The notes below the pieces were generated by a model. The model made no database searches, had not been told where the DNA came from, and saw nothing but the letters and a program-made list of their open reading frames with translations. Positions 38,212-52,300 of a stretch of 64,000 nucleotides of DNA are shown here, one piece after another; position 1 is the stretch's first letter, and each line of letters begins with the position of its first letter. This DNA is from Octopus sinensis (lineage: Eukaryota): NCBI RefSeq assembly GCF_006345805.1, contig NC_043013.1, positions 25,172,001 to 25,236,000 of the forward strand. The letters are read 5' to 3'. Both the position numbers and the translations under genes were made by a program.

Positions 38212-39545
38212 TATATAATGTGTGTGTGTGTGTTATCTTGATGACACAAGTTGACAGGTGCTTTGACTTTATACAAGCAAGAGCCCATAGAAGAAAGCTG
38301 TAACTTACAGCTTGCAACATTTATATTTAATTTAATTTTGATAAGCAAAGTTTTAAATAAAGTTTGGTATTTTATATTATAGTAGTCTTCCATTTTATTT
38401 TTTGCAAAAGATAAATATTTTATAAACTATTCTTTATCTCCTCCCATATGAGACATTTACTATATTTTTCACAATCATTTAAGTTCCTGTAAAGTGTGTA
38501 TGTATGTATATATGTGTATGTATATGTGCATATGTATTTGTGTATGTGTGTGTAAAAATTATGAATAATAATTACTCAAGCTCATTATATCATTGCTAAA
38601 TGTCTTGTTTTTCCTGTTTAGTGTCAACTTCTGATAATACAAGTGATTAACTTCCTCAGCCAGTACAAGTTAATTTGTGGTGACCTTTTTATGAGCTGCT
38701 CTAAAACACCATTTCCTTTATGCTTGTTGAATTATATTATTTTAAATCATTTTAAAATAGATGGACCATTTTATACAGTTTTAAAACTAAATGAAAATAA
38801 AATTAAGTTGGTTACCTTAGCTACAAAATGAACTAATTACCTTACATAATTTTACATTTCATTTCATTCTTTTAAATCTCTCTCTCAGATCTAATTATTT
38901 GCTCTGAAAGTTAGGTATTAAATTGGATTTAAAATAGTTATTATTGTTGCAGTGGTTGTTTGTCTCTTAGAAATAAATATCTTCAAATCTGATTACTGAT
39001 GTTTATATTACTTCAGGAGCCGTTGTTTAAATGAATTGACTTTTATGAGTAATGCTGAAAGTAAAATGAACATTGAAGCTGTTTAGTACTTGCAAGTGCG
39101 GATTAGTTAGCAATGTTTGTCAATCTATTTATTATTAAGTTGTATGTTTGCATTTCCCCTCTGAAGGCTGAATCAATGTTTGTTGGCTAGTCTTATTTCT
39201 AAATTGGTGCAGGTCATAATATGATCAATATGCATATGAATTGTCTGGATATGCTGAAAGGTTGATTGTTGTAATAGAATTAAAAGCATGTGGCTGGATT
39301 GAGCTCGTACGTATGAGCAGTGTTTTAACATTATGACCCTTCAAGGGCCATAAGATCAATAAAATTGCTTTGCCAGAAGTAATACCATATATATAATATT
39401 TATTAATATTTAGCAGAATTAAGTGACCTAAGGTCCAAGAGTTTCATGTGTTGGCACTAATGAAACTCTATTTTTTTTCTGTCTGCATCACCACACACAC
39501 ACACACACACACATATAATAATAATATATATATATATATATAAAT

Positions 39546-39582
<37 letters not shown>

Positions 39583-40924
39583 GTGTGTGTGTGTGGATGG
39601 ATGTTCCATTAAATTTCCCTTTAAGAAATATTTGATTTAAACTAAAGGATATTGTAGTTTATTTTATACATTTAAGACTGACTTTGTGTGGTCGGCCAGG
39701 ACTATTTTTGCATAGAAATTAGGGTGATGAGAATCTTGAAAATTACATGAATGTTGTATTGTTGTATATTTAAGTGTGTGTGTGTATTGATATATAGTAA
39801 CTGATGTGTGTGTGTGTGTTTCCCATGTTTTCATTCAGCTCTTAACACTAGCAATTCACATTGATTATTCACTGTGCTTATTTTTCTTTGTTATCCCTAT
39901 ACCCCCATCTTAGCCATGGATACTGAATTTTTTTCTTAGATGCAGGATTCTATCTTCATTTTATTTATTTTTTTTAACTAGTTCTCTACAAGTACTTATT
40001 CATATGATGCTTGTCCACTTAATTTCTAATTCTGGTATTATATCCACATAGAGTAAAACGAAATGTGGGAGAGGAAATAAATAAGGAGTTTATACATTTA
40101 AGCAGCAGAGCTTCTGACAATTAGTTCCCTCAGTGGCGTCAACTTGTTTCAGACAAGCTTTTACTTTATTTTACTACACTGCTTATGTGAATTATTTTGA
40201 ATATGGTGTATACAATTTTAGCACAGTAGTCTTTTTACAACAAAACGTTTACATTATTCAGTGATAAGAAGAAAAAAAGCACTAGTTGGTGGCTTTTGAA
40301 TAACCTTGGTAGTGAATAGATAGAAAAAAAGCTGCATAAGAATACAATGGGAACTACAAACTAATGACCTGTAATAATGAATAGTATCAGGTCTTTAAAT
40401 ATCAACAATTTACATTTGTAATAAACTGCAGTCAAAAAACAAAAAAAGCATTTTAAAAAGAGAAGTTTCATAGATTTGTGGTCATTTACTGATATCAAAA
40501 TGGTTAAGTTCTCCCTTCACAGATACAAGTGCACAATTGGTCTGTTTCAGTCAGTGGTAGCTAACCCTATTGCCATAAGAGTACGACCGAAAACCTTTTT
40601 GGTATTCATGTCATTCACGGGAGAAATCCTTTAGGAATGGGGTTTTTTTCATTGCCTTGACCTACAGAAATTCTGTGACTCTCTACTGTGAACTAATGAG
40701 GTATTTATTTATTTTAGTGCTGCTGCTATTACAGCATGGTGAACCTACTTAGAGCAAGGTGGACATAGCCATTGTGCTCTATTAACTTCAACATCCACAT
40801 GCTCTATTTCATCTAAAATGGTATTTAAAATAATATTCTTATTTGTCTACTCTAAAAAAATTCATGTATGTGTTTCATTTATATAATTCAAGCTGCGAAA
40901 GTTATTTCAGTATTTTATTTCTCA

Positions 40925-41150
40925 GTAAAGCAGTGAACTAGCAGACTCGTTAACACATCAGGCGAAGTGCTTAGTGGCATTTCATCCATTTTTACGTTCT
41001 GAGATCAAATTCCGCTGATGTCAACTTTGTCTTTCCATCCTTTCAAGGCTGATAAAATAAGTACCAGTTGAGCACTGGGGTCAATGTACTCAACTATCTC
41101 CACCCCCACACCCCTCAAAATTGATAGCCTCATACCAAATTTTGAAACCA
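40925..41150 (+). mobile_element. SINE family A
   Basis: GCAGTGAACTAGCAGACTCGTTAAC ... TTCTGAGATCAAATTCCGC ... ATAAAATAAGTACCAGTTGAGCACTGGGG. Confidence 0.75.
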
Positions 41151-41879
41151 AGATTTTATTGCTCAGTCTTTAAACTTTTATGCAATTATTATCATTCATA
41201 TTAATTTGATTTTGATTATTTTTTTTTTTTTCTCATATAATCTCTGGATTACCAAATTGGAGATATTTACTTACTAGCATTTAGAGCCAGATGGCCTTAA
41301 TGTACACCACTACCTAAGACATAATATACTTCATCTTGAAATGTTATCATTATCATCATTTTAACATCCAACTTGCATGAGTGGGATGGAATATGCTGAG
41401 GAAGGTATTTCTACAACCGGATTCCTTTCCTGTTGCTAACCCTCACCTGTTTCCACTGAAAATTGGAGACAAAGGATGCTGCTTTTACAGTGGTGACACT
41501 CATTTACTATTGTCGCACGAAATCAGGGCAGGTGACAGTAACACACACACGCACATATGACAGGCTTCTATACAGTTTCCAGCTACCTCATCTATTTATA
41601 TAAAAGTATGCTTCAAGATCATATTTGTGCGAGTTTGGTCATGGGCTTAAGTGTTCAAGTTGAGAAATATTTGTAACTAGACCAACATATATTGATACAT
41701 TTTGTATGTTAAAAATGCATTGAATATGTTGTTAATATAAAGCCTGTTGTTTTTAATTTTTTTATTTTGATTTATGATTGTAATTTCGGCTCATTTGATT
41801 TAATAAAAACAAATTATTTGAATCCAACTCAAATGGGCAGTAATCTTCCATATTAGAATTAATTTACTGTTAAGCTGAA

Positions 41880-42230
41880 GGGAAAATATGATCCTATATG
41901 GAGGCAAGCAAATTTTATCAAAGAGTCTCTCCAGGTCAAGCTGCTACTTTTCTGCATTGAGAGGTCACAACCTCTATACTATGGATATGATTAGAATGTC
42001 ACAGGAAGAATTGCAAGACAGATTCTCTAAGCTGAGCCAACCAGCTGAAGATCTAGAGGTAGACCAAGAATGTGATGGTTGGATGCTGTCCATGGTCATT
42101 GTTGGTGATGTTTAGAAACCCATTTAGAAAGGTGTAATGAGGGTTGCTTCTGATTGGCCCCCTACAGAGAAGATGCCTGAGGACTCATCCCCTACAAGTC
42201 TCCCAGAAATAGTGAGTGGAGAAAATGGTT
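41880..42230 (+). mobile_element. Degenerate RTE (Expander/Rex3-like) LINE 3' fragment
   Basis: LLFCIERSQ, IRMSQE and SRGRPRM motifs; homologous to 33000-33330. Confidence 0.6.
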
Positions 42231-42354
42231 GGAGAGAGAATATGTATTGCAGGAAGATATATTGATTTTTGCAATAATTTAAAGCTCTATGGATCTCAAT
42301 ACAAAACTTTCGTTTGAGAATTTTGATGGAAGTTGGAGATGATTGGAATATCCT

Positions 42355-42710
42355 TTTATCTTTTACTTGCCTCAGGCATTAGACTGCAGCCATTCTGAGG
42401 CACTGCCATGAAGAATTTTGCATCAAAGGGATCAACACCAGTACTTTTTTTTTTTTTTTTTTTTTCAAGCCTGCTATATATTCTATCAGACTCTTTTACT
42501 GAAAATGTAAACACACCAACACCAGTTGTCAAGCAGTGACAGAAGACAAATACACACACACACATACAATGGGCTTCTTACAGTTTCCATCTACCAAATC
42601 CATTCGCAAGGTTTTGGCCAGCCTGATGCTATAGTAGACTCTTGCCCAAGGTGCCATGCAGTGAGGCTGAACCTGGGACCATGTGATTGAGAAGCAAGTT
42701 TTTTACTGCA
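42355..42710 (-). mobile_element. Near full-length SINE family B
   Basis: Reverse complement of both the family B head and tail. Confidence 0.75.
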
Positions 42711-44667
42711 CAAATTTCATAAAATAATGTCCTCCTTTTCACATATCCAAATATTTAAACAGAATAAGAGCATTTGAGGCAGGACCCTTCTTTTAAATGT
42801 ATTTCAGCTCATTGGAAATATTACAGTAATGTGTAGCTTTACTAATGAAAGGTGTTTTTTTGTTTGTTTGTTTGCATTAGCTACTCACATTGCAATATCA
42901 GTTTTGTTGTCTGTTCTTCGCTTACCTTTATCCATTAAAATAGTCATGGAGCATTTGCGAGTTCAATTTTTATTTGCTTTTAAGAGATTGTTTTACAACT
43001 GATTTGGAAGAAACAGTTAAAACATTAAAAAATATTGGATCTTGAAAAATTTAGAACAACAATGAATAAAAATTTCAAAGTTGTTTGGATGGACATCTGT
43101 TGAAAACAAAATGGTTACAATTTAGATATTCTTCTTGTTTACAGGAATAGAAAAAGGAAGGATGCATTGAATAATGTTGTCCAAGTTACACTTTTCCTGA
43201 ACACAATACTGAATAGTCTTTGATCATAGGTCTGCCACATAGGCTGGCCTGGGGCTGAACAATAACATAATTTAATCATTTTCTTCTTCCAAACAACTTT
43301 TTCATACTTTAGTTGCTTTTAAGATTTTATTTTTTTTTAATATTAAATTTCAATGAAAGAAATAAAATTTCCAATCTGTCTTTTAAAGGGAGATATAATC
43401 TTATCTGGTGTTATTAAAAGAACATTAGCTACCTTGGAATAGAGAGTTGTTGACTATCAGCTTAAGTGTATTTTTTTATTACATGGAGGTAGTTTCTAGC
43501 AAAGACTTTTATTTTTGCAATTGTACATTCTACTCTTTTAGATTTAGGGCATAGAATGTCTTAATTTTAAAGCTATTAAACTGTGTTTTAAAGATGTAAC
43601 TGCATTGAACAGGTTATGCAACTTCGTGGAAGCGTTCTTACTGGTTTATTGGCTATCAAGTTTGTTTCTTTTCATGAAATTGGGTAAAGATGAGAATGAT
43701 GGATTTATGGTACTGTTGAATGAACTGGCTTTCTATTTTGAATTGTAACTAATTATAGTGCTTTTCTACACTTCATTAGTTTTCAAAAGTGAAAACCAAT
43801 CCAAAAGAAATGTCCAACTGCCTTAGAATCCATGCATGTCTACTTGAGTTGAACAATTAAAGGAAGCTATTAAAGAGAAATTGATTAGAATTCTTGCTAA
43901 ACTTGAAATGAAATATTGGTCTCTAATTTCCAATATTTGATTTAAGACTTGTATAGAACAGTAATATCCCTCAGCCTACTAAGGAGTCTGTTATATTGGG
44001 TAATGTTCTTAAAATTTCAAACTGAACCAAATCCTTGGGTCAAACCGTAGGAGTAGATTCTCATTCCATTGTCCATGAATCTGGTTTAAGTAGAATGAAA
44101 AAGCCACACCACTAACCCTAACCCAAGAATAACTATCTCCAGCACTGACAATGGATGAAGAACAAACTACCCTGTGATTTGAATAAAGCATTCGGTTCAA
44201 AGTTTATAATCACTGACAAAGTTGATTTACCTTCTAAATTAATTAAAACAAAGGCAGTATATTTCAACAGAAATTGGATAACAAAAGGACTAAGAAATTT
44301 CATGATATTAATTAATCAAACATGACTAAAAAAATTTCTTTTTTATACACAATGAAGATACATTTTTTTGCTCAGTTTGTACCAGGTTTCAAGTTAGCTG
44401 TTCATTTTTTTCAGACTTATCTTAGACTCACCGGATGCCACTTAACCAGATGTGGGTCAGCACTCCTTTTCACCAAATGGAAAATTAAAAATAAATGTAT
44501 GTTATGCACACAAAAAAAAACCCCAGTAATTATTATAATTAAATAGACTAATTTTGTGGATTAGTTTATTATCTCTGTTTATTTTTACTATCCCATCCAG
44601 CATATTTGTGTGGATTAATATCCTCTTGCGTTAAGTATGTACGGGAATTATTAAAGAGGGCAAGGAT

Positions 44668-45046
44668 TTCATCATCGTTTAACGTCCACTTTCCATGCTG
44701 GCATGGGTTGGCTGATTTGACTGAGGACTGACGAACCAGATGGCTGCACTAGGCTCCAATCTGATCTGGCAGAGTTTCTACAGCTGGATGCCCTTCTTAA
44801 TGCCAGTCAAGCGGTACTGGCAATGGCCATGCTCAAATGGTGTTTTTTACGTGCCACCTGCACAGGAGCCAGTCCAGCGGCACTGGAAACAACCTCACTC
44901 AAATGTTTTTTTACGTACCACCTGCACAAGTGCCAGTAAGGCAATGCTGGTAATGATCATACTCGATTGGTGGCTCTTACATGCCACCGGCACGGAAGCC
45001 AGTTAGCTGCTCTGGCAACGATCACGTTCAGATGGTGCTCTTAGCG
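44668..45046 (-). mobile_element. RTE-type 3' tail with several internal tandem units
   Basis: CATCATCGTTTAACGTCCACTTTCCATGCTGGCATGGG ..., with repeated TTTTACGTGCCACC(T/G)GCAC units. Confidence 0.75.
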
Positions 45047-45825
45047 CTTGTCTAATGTAAATATATTAAGCATTGCTGCTTGGTAACTATGCCGAACTTG
45101 TATTCTGATCCTCAGAAAGATTTCTTCGGAAATGTGTTTGTCTTGTGCTAAGTTTAAATGCTTAATTTCTAAGAAAAAATCACAACCTCTCTGAATATCC
45201 ATAGAGTGCTCTTGATATTTGCTGTCCCCTTTGTGAGCTCTCAATACCTGAAGGGACCACTATTGCCCATGTTAAGAACCACTGAGAGTGTTAACCTTCT
45301 GACCAAAGTATCAATGACATCTCCTGCCCCACTCTCTCTTTCTTCCCCTCTTTGCCTCTCTTTCTCTCTCTTACCATTCTAATTTTACCATGAAAACTAT
45401 ACCAACATTTATTGATTTCTAACATGTCACTTTAAAACAAAAATATTATACACTTCCCATCACATGTTCTTTCAATTTACATCTCCTTATCAGCCTGCTT
45501 ATCCCTTTTTGTGTAAGCTGTTCACCTTTTCCCATCAAATTTGTTTTTTATATATTTTTTGCGAGATGCTCTAACTAGTAACTTTTTTTTTTTAATTACA
45601 ATGCAATTAGTGCACGAATACCTAGTGTCAAACAGGCTTCATCTTTATCAATGATTTATCTAAACTATTAGTGTGACTGCATAAATGATTCAAGAAGTTT
45701 TTTTTGTTTTGGTTTTGGTTTTGTGTGTGTGCCAGATCAATCCATGATCAAGTAGAATCTTTGATCAAAGCATCACAGCTTTGATAATTTCCTCACCATT
45801 TCTGTATATCTACAACCTCATTAGT

Positions 45826-45990
45826 GAAGGCTCATGGCCTAGTGGTTAGGATGTTGCACTTGTGCTCACAAGCTCATGGTTTCAATTCCCAGACTGGGTG
45901 GTGCATTGTGCTCTTCAGCAAAAACACACTCCATTTCACAATGCAGCTCCAATTTGCTCAGCTGTAAATGGGTAATTTTACAGTGGACTG
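45826..45990 (+). mobile_element. tRNA-derived SINE fragment (V-SINE-like arrangement)
   Basis: TGGCCTAGTGGTTAGG A-box, GGTTTCAATTCCC B-box, then CTCAGCTGTAAATGGGT. Confidence 0.55.
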
Positions 45991-46115
45991 GCATTCCATT
46001 CGGGGGAAATGTTTGCTTGCACATGGTGACCAGCAGTATATAACAGCATACAATAGACTGGTCAATACAGTGAAGGCCTGCAAGTTATATTATTTTCTAA
46101 CAGTTGAGCTGTTAA

Positions 46116-46323
46116 CCCTTTAGCACTCAGATTATTCCCTCAAATGCATTGCTTATTTATTCACATTGTTTTGAATTAATCCTGCCTTATATCAAGGTTT
46201 TGAAGATTTTGACGTGATTGTTTTGAATGACATTATCCGGTAGGTGTGAGTGGTCAGATCTGGTCAGTTTTAACATAGAAAGAATATTTTGGACCAGATA
46301 TGGCCAGTTTAAATGCTAGATGG
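46116..46323. mobile_element. piggyBac-like MITE, family 2, with TTAA TSD
   Basis: TTAA|CCCTTTAGCA ... AATGCTAGATGG|TTAA. The body is shared with 55373-55592, 59790-59981, about 12765-12955 and about 62000-62180 (reversed). Confidence 0.8.
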
Positions 46324-46689
46324 TTAATCCTAATTGTCAGCTACATCTTTTTTTTTTTTTTTTTTTTTTTACCTTTTTCTTTAACTGACATTTTACAATA
46401 TTCAGTATTGTAATATTCACTATTCATGTACAGGAATATTGTGATTTTTATGCAGTTGATGATTCAATATTAAAATTCAAATACTGAGCATAAGAATTTG
46501 ATTTCCCTTTCATTTCAGTTTTCTTTCAGAAGGAACCAAATATATTGCTCCAATTCCTCGTTTCAGATATGATTCCTAAGGTGTTTCCTGCTACATCTGT
46601 ATACTTTGTATACATATTTTGTGTTCTTAGGGATTTGGTGTTGCTATGTAAACCATATTTATTTGAGAACTTTTTTTAAACATCATATG

Positions 46690-47030
46690 TCTGCTTTCGA
46701 TACTGGCATGGGTTGGACAGTTTGATTGAAAACTGGTACCTGGGGGTGCTACACCAAGTTCCAATCTGAATTTGCAAGGTTTCTATGGCTGGATGCCCTT
46801 CCTAATGCTAACCACTCTGTGTAGTAGGTGTCTTTTAAGTGCCATTGATCTGACACTGGCATCGACCGTACCTATGGTCTCACTTGGCTTGATAAGTTTA
46901 CACAAGCACGGTATATCGCCAAAGGTCTTGGTCACTTGTCACTGCCTCCACAAGGCCCAATGCTCAAACTGTGCTTTTTACATGCCATTGGCATGGGTGC
47001 CAGTCAGACAGCACTGGCATCAGCCATGAC
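46690..47030 (-). mobile_element. RTE-type 3' tail
   Basis: GGCATGGGTTGGACAGTTTG ... GGATGCCCTTCCTAATGCTAACC. Confidence 0.7.
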
Positions 47031-47859
47031 TATAATAAACACACAATTTATTCTCATGTTCTAAAAATGTGTGTACTGATAGTTGTACAAATGGTGAAAA
47101 TGCTTAGAAGAGGAAATTAGAATTGTAAGAAAAATTAGGATTAATTGGCAAATATGAAAGTAGTACTGCCAGAACTGAAGTAGGCCAAATTAAAAGCAAA
47201 TGAACAATATCTAAGATGATTCTTAAACACTTTATAAAAATTTAGTGTTGTGTAAAAACACAATGCTTTATAAAGAACAAAGTACTGCATCATCTTTGAA
47301 TTCCTGTACAAAAAACAAAAAAACAGTGCAATAATTGAAATTGCATGTTATTTGCTAATTTGCATCAGATTGCAGTCAAAAGTGCATCCCTTTAAATCAA
47401 ATGACCATCCAAACAAAAGTTGTGGGTCTTGGCAGCAGTCAACATTTTTATTCCCAGATTGGTTTAAGAGTTGGCTCTCCCAAAGCCAAAGATATGTCTA
47501 TAAAATTAGATTTAAGTTTTATTGATGTTTGACAATTGTCTGGGTCATCCAACTTGGTGATATGTATGAAAAATATGTTTTTATTACTGAAAACTGCCAA
47601 TAGACCAGGAGGTGATAGCAATATTCAAGGCTAATGTCCAAGGTATTGGAGAAACAACAAGAGAAAATGCATTTAAACTTACATTTGGAAGGTATTAATT
47701 TTAACTGAGATGAGAAATTATTTTGAGAGGAAAAATAATTCTCACTGTACAAATGATTTTGTAGCCACAGTAGAAACCATTCAACTTAATTTACTCAGAT
47801 GAATGTGTAGGATAGCCATTCTGTGAGTTGTTTAATTGGTATGTCAGGAACCTAAATAA

Positions 47860-48070
47860 TCCCCCACTATAGGCACAATTCCTGAAATTTATGGTGGTGG
47901 TGGGGGCTTGTTGAATACATCAACTCCAGTGCTCAACTTGTTTTGTTGACTCCCAAAAGGTTAGCAGGCAGTTAACCTCAGTAGAATTTGAACTTGGAAC
48001 ATTAAAGTCAGAAGTGCTGCTCAGCATTTTGACCTACATGCTAGTGATTCTGCCAGTTTTCTGCCTCTGT
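47860..48070 (-). mobile_element. SINE family A, diverged
   Basis: AGAATTTGAACTT ... CAGCATTTTG ... GATTCTGCCAG. Confidence 0.6.
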
Positions 48071-49202
48071 GGAAACTAAATATTGGAGACTTTTTCTTAA
48101 AAATTAACTGCAACCTTGCACATCATTAGGATGTTTGCCAAGATGGAACAAATGAAATTGAGACAGAGAGCAGATGAAGTATATACATTGAATGGCTATG
48201 GAGGTCTGGTAGAGGAAAATAGGAATCAAAAAACTCCATAGGCAAAAAATGGTTGAGAACCATTGGACCTAGACATTGACAACTATTCTATTTTATGTAC
48301 TCAGAGACTGTAGTATTCTTGTGTTGTTCATTTTCTGCAATAAGAGTTTTCCTGGTTTTGTAATCTTACAAACTCACTAACTTTCAACAGGAATTTACTT
48401 GGATTATTTAGGACAAGAATTTTCAGAGTTGAATCTATGATGCATTGTTTAAGTTTCTATTTAATTCTTGCTGAAGTTTTATCTAAATTGTTTTTATTCA
48501 AATTGAATGTTTAAATTCATTTAGTGGTGAAAATTTTTCAGACTTTTAATCTATCTCAAACGGCTTGATCTCAGATCATCTTCAGGGTTTTATATTTGGC
48601 TGTGTTGGATGTCGTTGTTCAACTGCAGATCACATCTGATCGAGCAAATGTGATAATCATTGCATCCTTTTGTATAGTCAGGAACAGCACTGACTAATGT
48701 GCCCTTACTTTTTAGTATCTGTCCTTTTAGGATGTGATCTGAGTGAGATTTGGCTGTTGAATGCTTATGTACCAGCTTCTTTGTTGACTTATTCTTGTAA
48801 GTGTCCATCAAAATTCAGTCTGGTACCATGTACACTTCAAAGAATGAGACCCCTGATGACTATCAGGGATCAAAGGTCATGTTCATACAGGCGTGGCTAC
48901 ACCTACACATGCTACTTGGGCTGAGTCCCACTGCATGGCACTCTGGACGAGTGCCTTCTACTATAACCACGGGCTGCCTTATGAGTGGATTTGGTACACA
49001 CAAACTAAAAAGAACCCTGTCATGTGTAGCAAGTATTGGGGTTAATTTGTTCAACTGAAAGAGGTAAAAGATGTGAATAAACATTTCTTCATCTCTAAAG
49101 ATGAGGTTGATAGTTGGAAAAAGTTAACCATATTTTATTGCAATAATCACCTGTCAATTATATGTCAGTTTAATTTTGTCTTTTTTTTTGTTTTCTTCTC
49201 AG

Positions 49203-49373
49203 CTCTGTACCCCTGCAAATACTCCAGCAACACCACCAAATTTCCCTGAGGCTCTTACAGCATTGTCAAAGTTATCAACTACAGACAGGTTAGGCTCTTC
49301 ACCAGCATATGCAACAGGATCACAGTCGAATACTCAACCGACTCCCAAACCAATGGAAATGGCACATCGATAA
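49203..49373 (+). CDS. UBALD: UBALD exon 3 (terminal coding exon)
   Basis: A strong polypyrimidine tract and CTCAG|C acceptor at 49202/49203. Encodes LCTPANTPATPPNFPEALTALSKLSTTDRLGSSPAYATGSQSNTQPTPKPMEMAHR*. CTPxNTPATPPNFPxAL is the family-conserved motif. The spliced protein is 120 aa. Confidence 0.95.
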   Translation, partial: LCTPANTPATPPNFPEALTALSKLSTTDRLGSSPAYATGSQSNTQPTPKPMEMAHR

Positions 49374-52300
49374 AATACAAATGAGAAAAAAAAAATGTTA
49401 AAAAAAAATAAGAGCGAAAAACATTTAAGTGAGGGAGGTCCTCTACTGTGCAGAAAGATAGAAACGGACAAAACAGATGATTAATAATAGCAACAGTTGT
49501 GTTCATGTGACTCTTTTGTTACAGTGAAGAGATGTACTAGAGAGTATTGAGGGGGGAAAACCAGTACTATTTTGAATTGCCAAATAATGCTGGCTGGCTG
49601 TGCTCATTCCCTTTACAACTGCCAATGGATAACCTGTTATTTGGATCTTATTTTGTTTTCAATTTTTTTTCCCCCTTTTATTTTAAGAAATATACCCAGG
49701 GATTTTTTTTTTTTTTTTCTGTTACATATATATCATACATATGCATACACCATACATATGTATCCATTGTTTTTATCTCCTCCAACAGTGTTCCAACACT
49801 TTCCAAATTTAAACAGAAAATTTTTTTTTTCTCTTTTTTTATTAGTGCATATCTGGCTATAGGATATTTTGGGGAAATGCCTAACACTGCCTTTTTGTTG
49901 GAAAATGTCAGACTTGCTACCATTTCCTCACACTCTTAAATATTAAAACTCTTGCATTGGACTTCCGAAATTTAAACTTCTGTCAGCTTGCGTCAGGCAT
50001 GATAATGCACCACACATCCTGTTTATTATAGGATTTGAGGGGGCAATGTTGCATCATGTCTGTTATGTCTTTCAAAGCTAATAATACCTGGTGGTTGCCA
50101 ATTCTCACAGGAATATTACAGCCATTGGGATCTACAACCTCATCTGCTATTAAAACGCAAGCAGCACTAAGAAGATTTGAGATACTCAACCATAGTCTCT
50201 TGCTTGAAGAAGCCTGGGTGACTTCACTTTCTGTTGATAAAAATCAACTTTGGAATACTGAAAGGCAAAGTTGAACTCTGCGGAATTTGTAAAGGGCTGG
50301 ACATTTAAATTCAGCAAGGCATTTGTCTGACGCTCTATCGGTTTTGCTAATCCAGCCTCCATTGAAACTAATGACTTGTATAAGATTGTGTATTGTCTCA
50401 CTTGGCAGTGACAGGAAAAGTCTTAGAATTTAAGGAATAGTGAAAGAAAATATAAATGGAACAAACATTTCTGTAAGAGGATAAGCAGGTCTTTTTCTGT
50501 TTTTTTTGGGTTTTTTTTAGTGGAGCACATTTTTACTTTTGAATCCTCCATATTTGTATTTTGGTTCTGGCTGTTTGCTCCTACAGTTAATTCTTGCAAC
50601 CATTGCTCTACTTTGGATTCTGGAAAACCTTTTTCTTTTTTTTTTTGTTTATTTCATCCTTTCTCTCTTTTTTTAAACCTAGTTCCAATGACCTCTGTTT
50701 CTTACTCTATTTTATGCTTAGGGAACCCATTAGGCACTTTGAAACAGATGAATGCGTTTTAGCTATTGCAGGTACAGCTAGAATACAAATGCAATATTAT
50801 ACTTTATTCAAAAACCAAAGCAGTACATAATTTCTCCCTTAATCTTTCTATGCTGTGAAAGCTATATTAAATGGTGAAAATCTTTTTTCTTTTTTTTTTT
50901 TTCTTTGCTATCATTAGAACTATCCATATCATGTTGTAATTAACTTCATTAATATGATCCGTTTACAATCCATTTGTTATATGAAAACAAATTTATGAAT
51001 AATGCTAGAAAAAGTATGTCTCTTGTGTAGTTGAATTAGTATCCTATTATGTCTTATGTCTAGAGGTCCCATTTTTATTTTTGTAGAGCTCACTAGCAGA
51101 CACTGCCAGACCATATTTGTTGTTTGTAATTAATGCTTTAGAAGAAAATGTTTGAAGATGTGTATAGTTAGAATTTGTATACTTTTTGTATACACCTTAC
51201 ATATAAATATCTACACTGGTATTTTTAACAAAAGGCTCAGACTATATAACGATTTTTAGTAATGAAATAGACTAGTTCTTGACATTACTCTTGGGTTTTT
51301 CTCTTCTTTAAAATCCTAATTTCTGGATAAAAATACCAAGAATGTCAGATAGGGTGTACTGAAATCAAGCTAAGCGATGGAACTGAAGACAATTTCCGGT
51401 GACATTATATCATATATATGTATATATATCATATATATGTGTGTGTATATATATATATATATATAATCTTTTTTAAACTTCCTTTGGTCTTTTAATGATT
51501 ATTTATAATCATAATTCTTGTTCACTGTGTGAATTTCTTTCTTTTGCCTGTGTATTCCCCTGATTGCAGCAACTTCAGAACTTCTCTTAAATTTAAAAAA
51601 AAAATACTTTAAGGAATTGAAAGTTTCTTGTAAAAAAAAGCCACTAAAGAGCATTTGAGTTTTTATAGAAAAGGGACCACCAGTAAGCATACTTTTTTTC
51701 TTTCTTTTTCCACCCCCTTGATAAGGATTGGTTGTAAGAAACTGATAGCTTTTTTTTTTCCTATTTTATGAAAATTTTAATCTCATAATTAGTGTTAAAA
51801 AGCATTAAATGCTTAGTGATTTTTAAAAAAGTTTTCTTTGTTTAAAGCTCTTTCGTATGACTTAATTTCTGTGATGTTTGAAAAAGTTGAATTATTGGTG
51901 CCTACTTCTGTTTAACCAAATGTAAAAAAATACCTTGTGCTATGATCTTCAGATTTTTCCAAATTTGGCTTAAATTTCAGTCAGTCTGTTATAACAATCC
52001 CATGTGCAGCCACTTTACAAGGCACTTAGTGCCTGCAAGTGCTGTTTTAGAGACTCCATCTAATTAACTAAGTTTGTCAATGATGGACTCTCTAAACAGT
52101 CATTTGACCTGCTAGAAATAGTAATCAAATTCCTTCAAAGCACACCCTACTGTCTTATAAAAAGGAAAGATATATTGACCAGCGTAAGTCTAATGCAAAA
52201 AAAAATGTCAGTCGTGGCTAAGAAAAAAAAAATAGCCAAGACTGATTTTGAGGCTAACCAACAACTTACATTGGTGAATATTTTAATTCTTAAGAACTCA

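Larger units (their letters stand above)
6596..49202 (+). other. UBALD: UBALD intron 2 (42,607 bp), repeat-rich
   Basis: GT...AG boundaries join two phase-0 exons whose translation is continuous with the family alignment (MFFQD...CTPANTPATPPNFP). Confidence 0.85.

Noticed and set aside
43790-43960. EQLKEAIKEKL-like fragment resembling a Tc1-family C-terminus
   Set aside because: Short and frameshifted, with no catalytic motif or TIR found.
49289-50274. Possible fourth UBALD exon using a GTTAGG donor at 49289 and the 79-aa ORF at 50035
   Set aside because: Joining to the nearby TATAG acceptor gives an immediate stop. The ORF has no recognisable homology, and exon 3 already ends with a plausible C-terminus.
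50813-50821. Single miR-9 seed match (ACCAAAG) in the putative 3' UTR
   Set aside because: One 7-mer in about 3 kb of AT-rich sequence is expected by chance; there are no conservation data.
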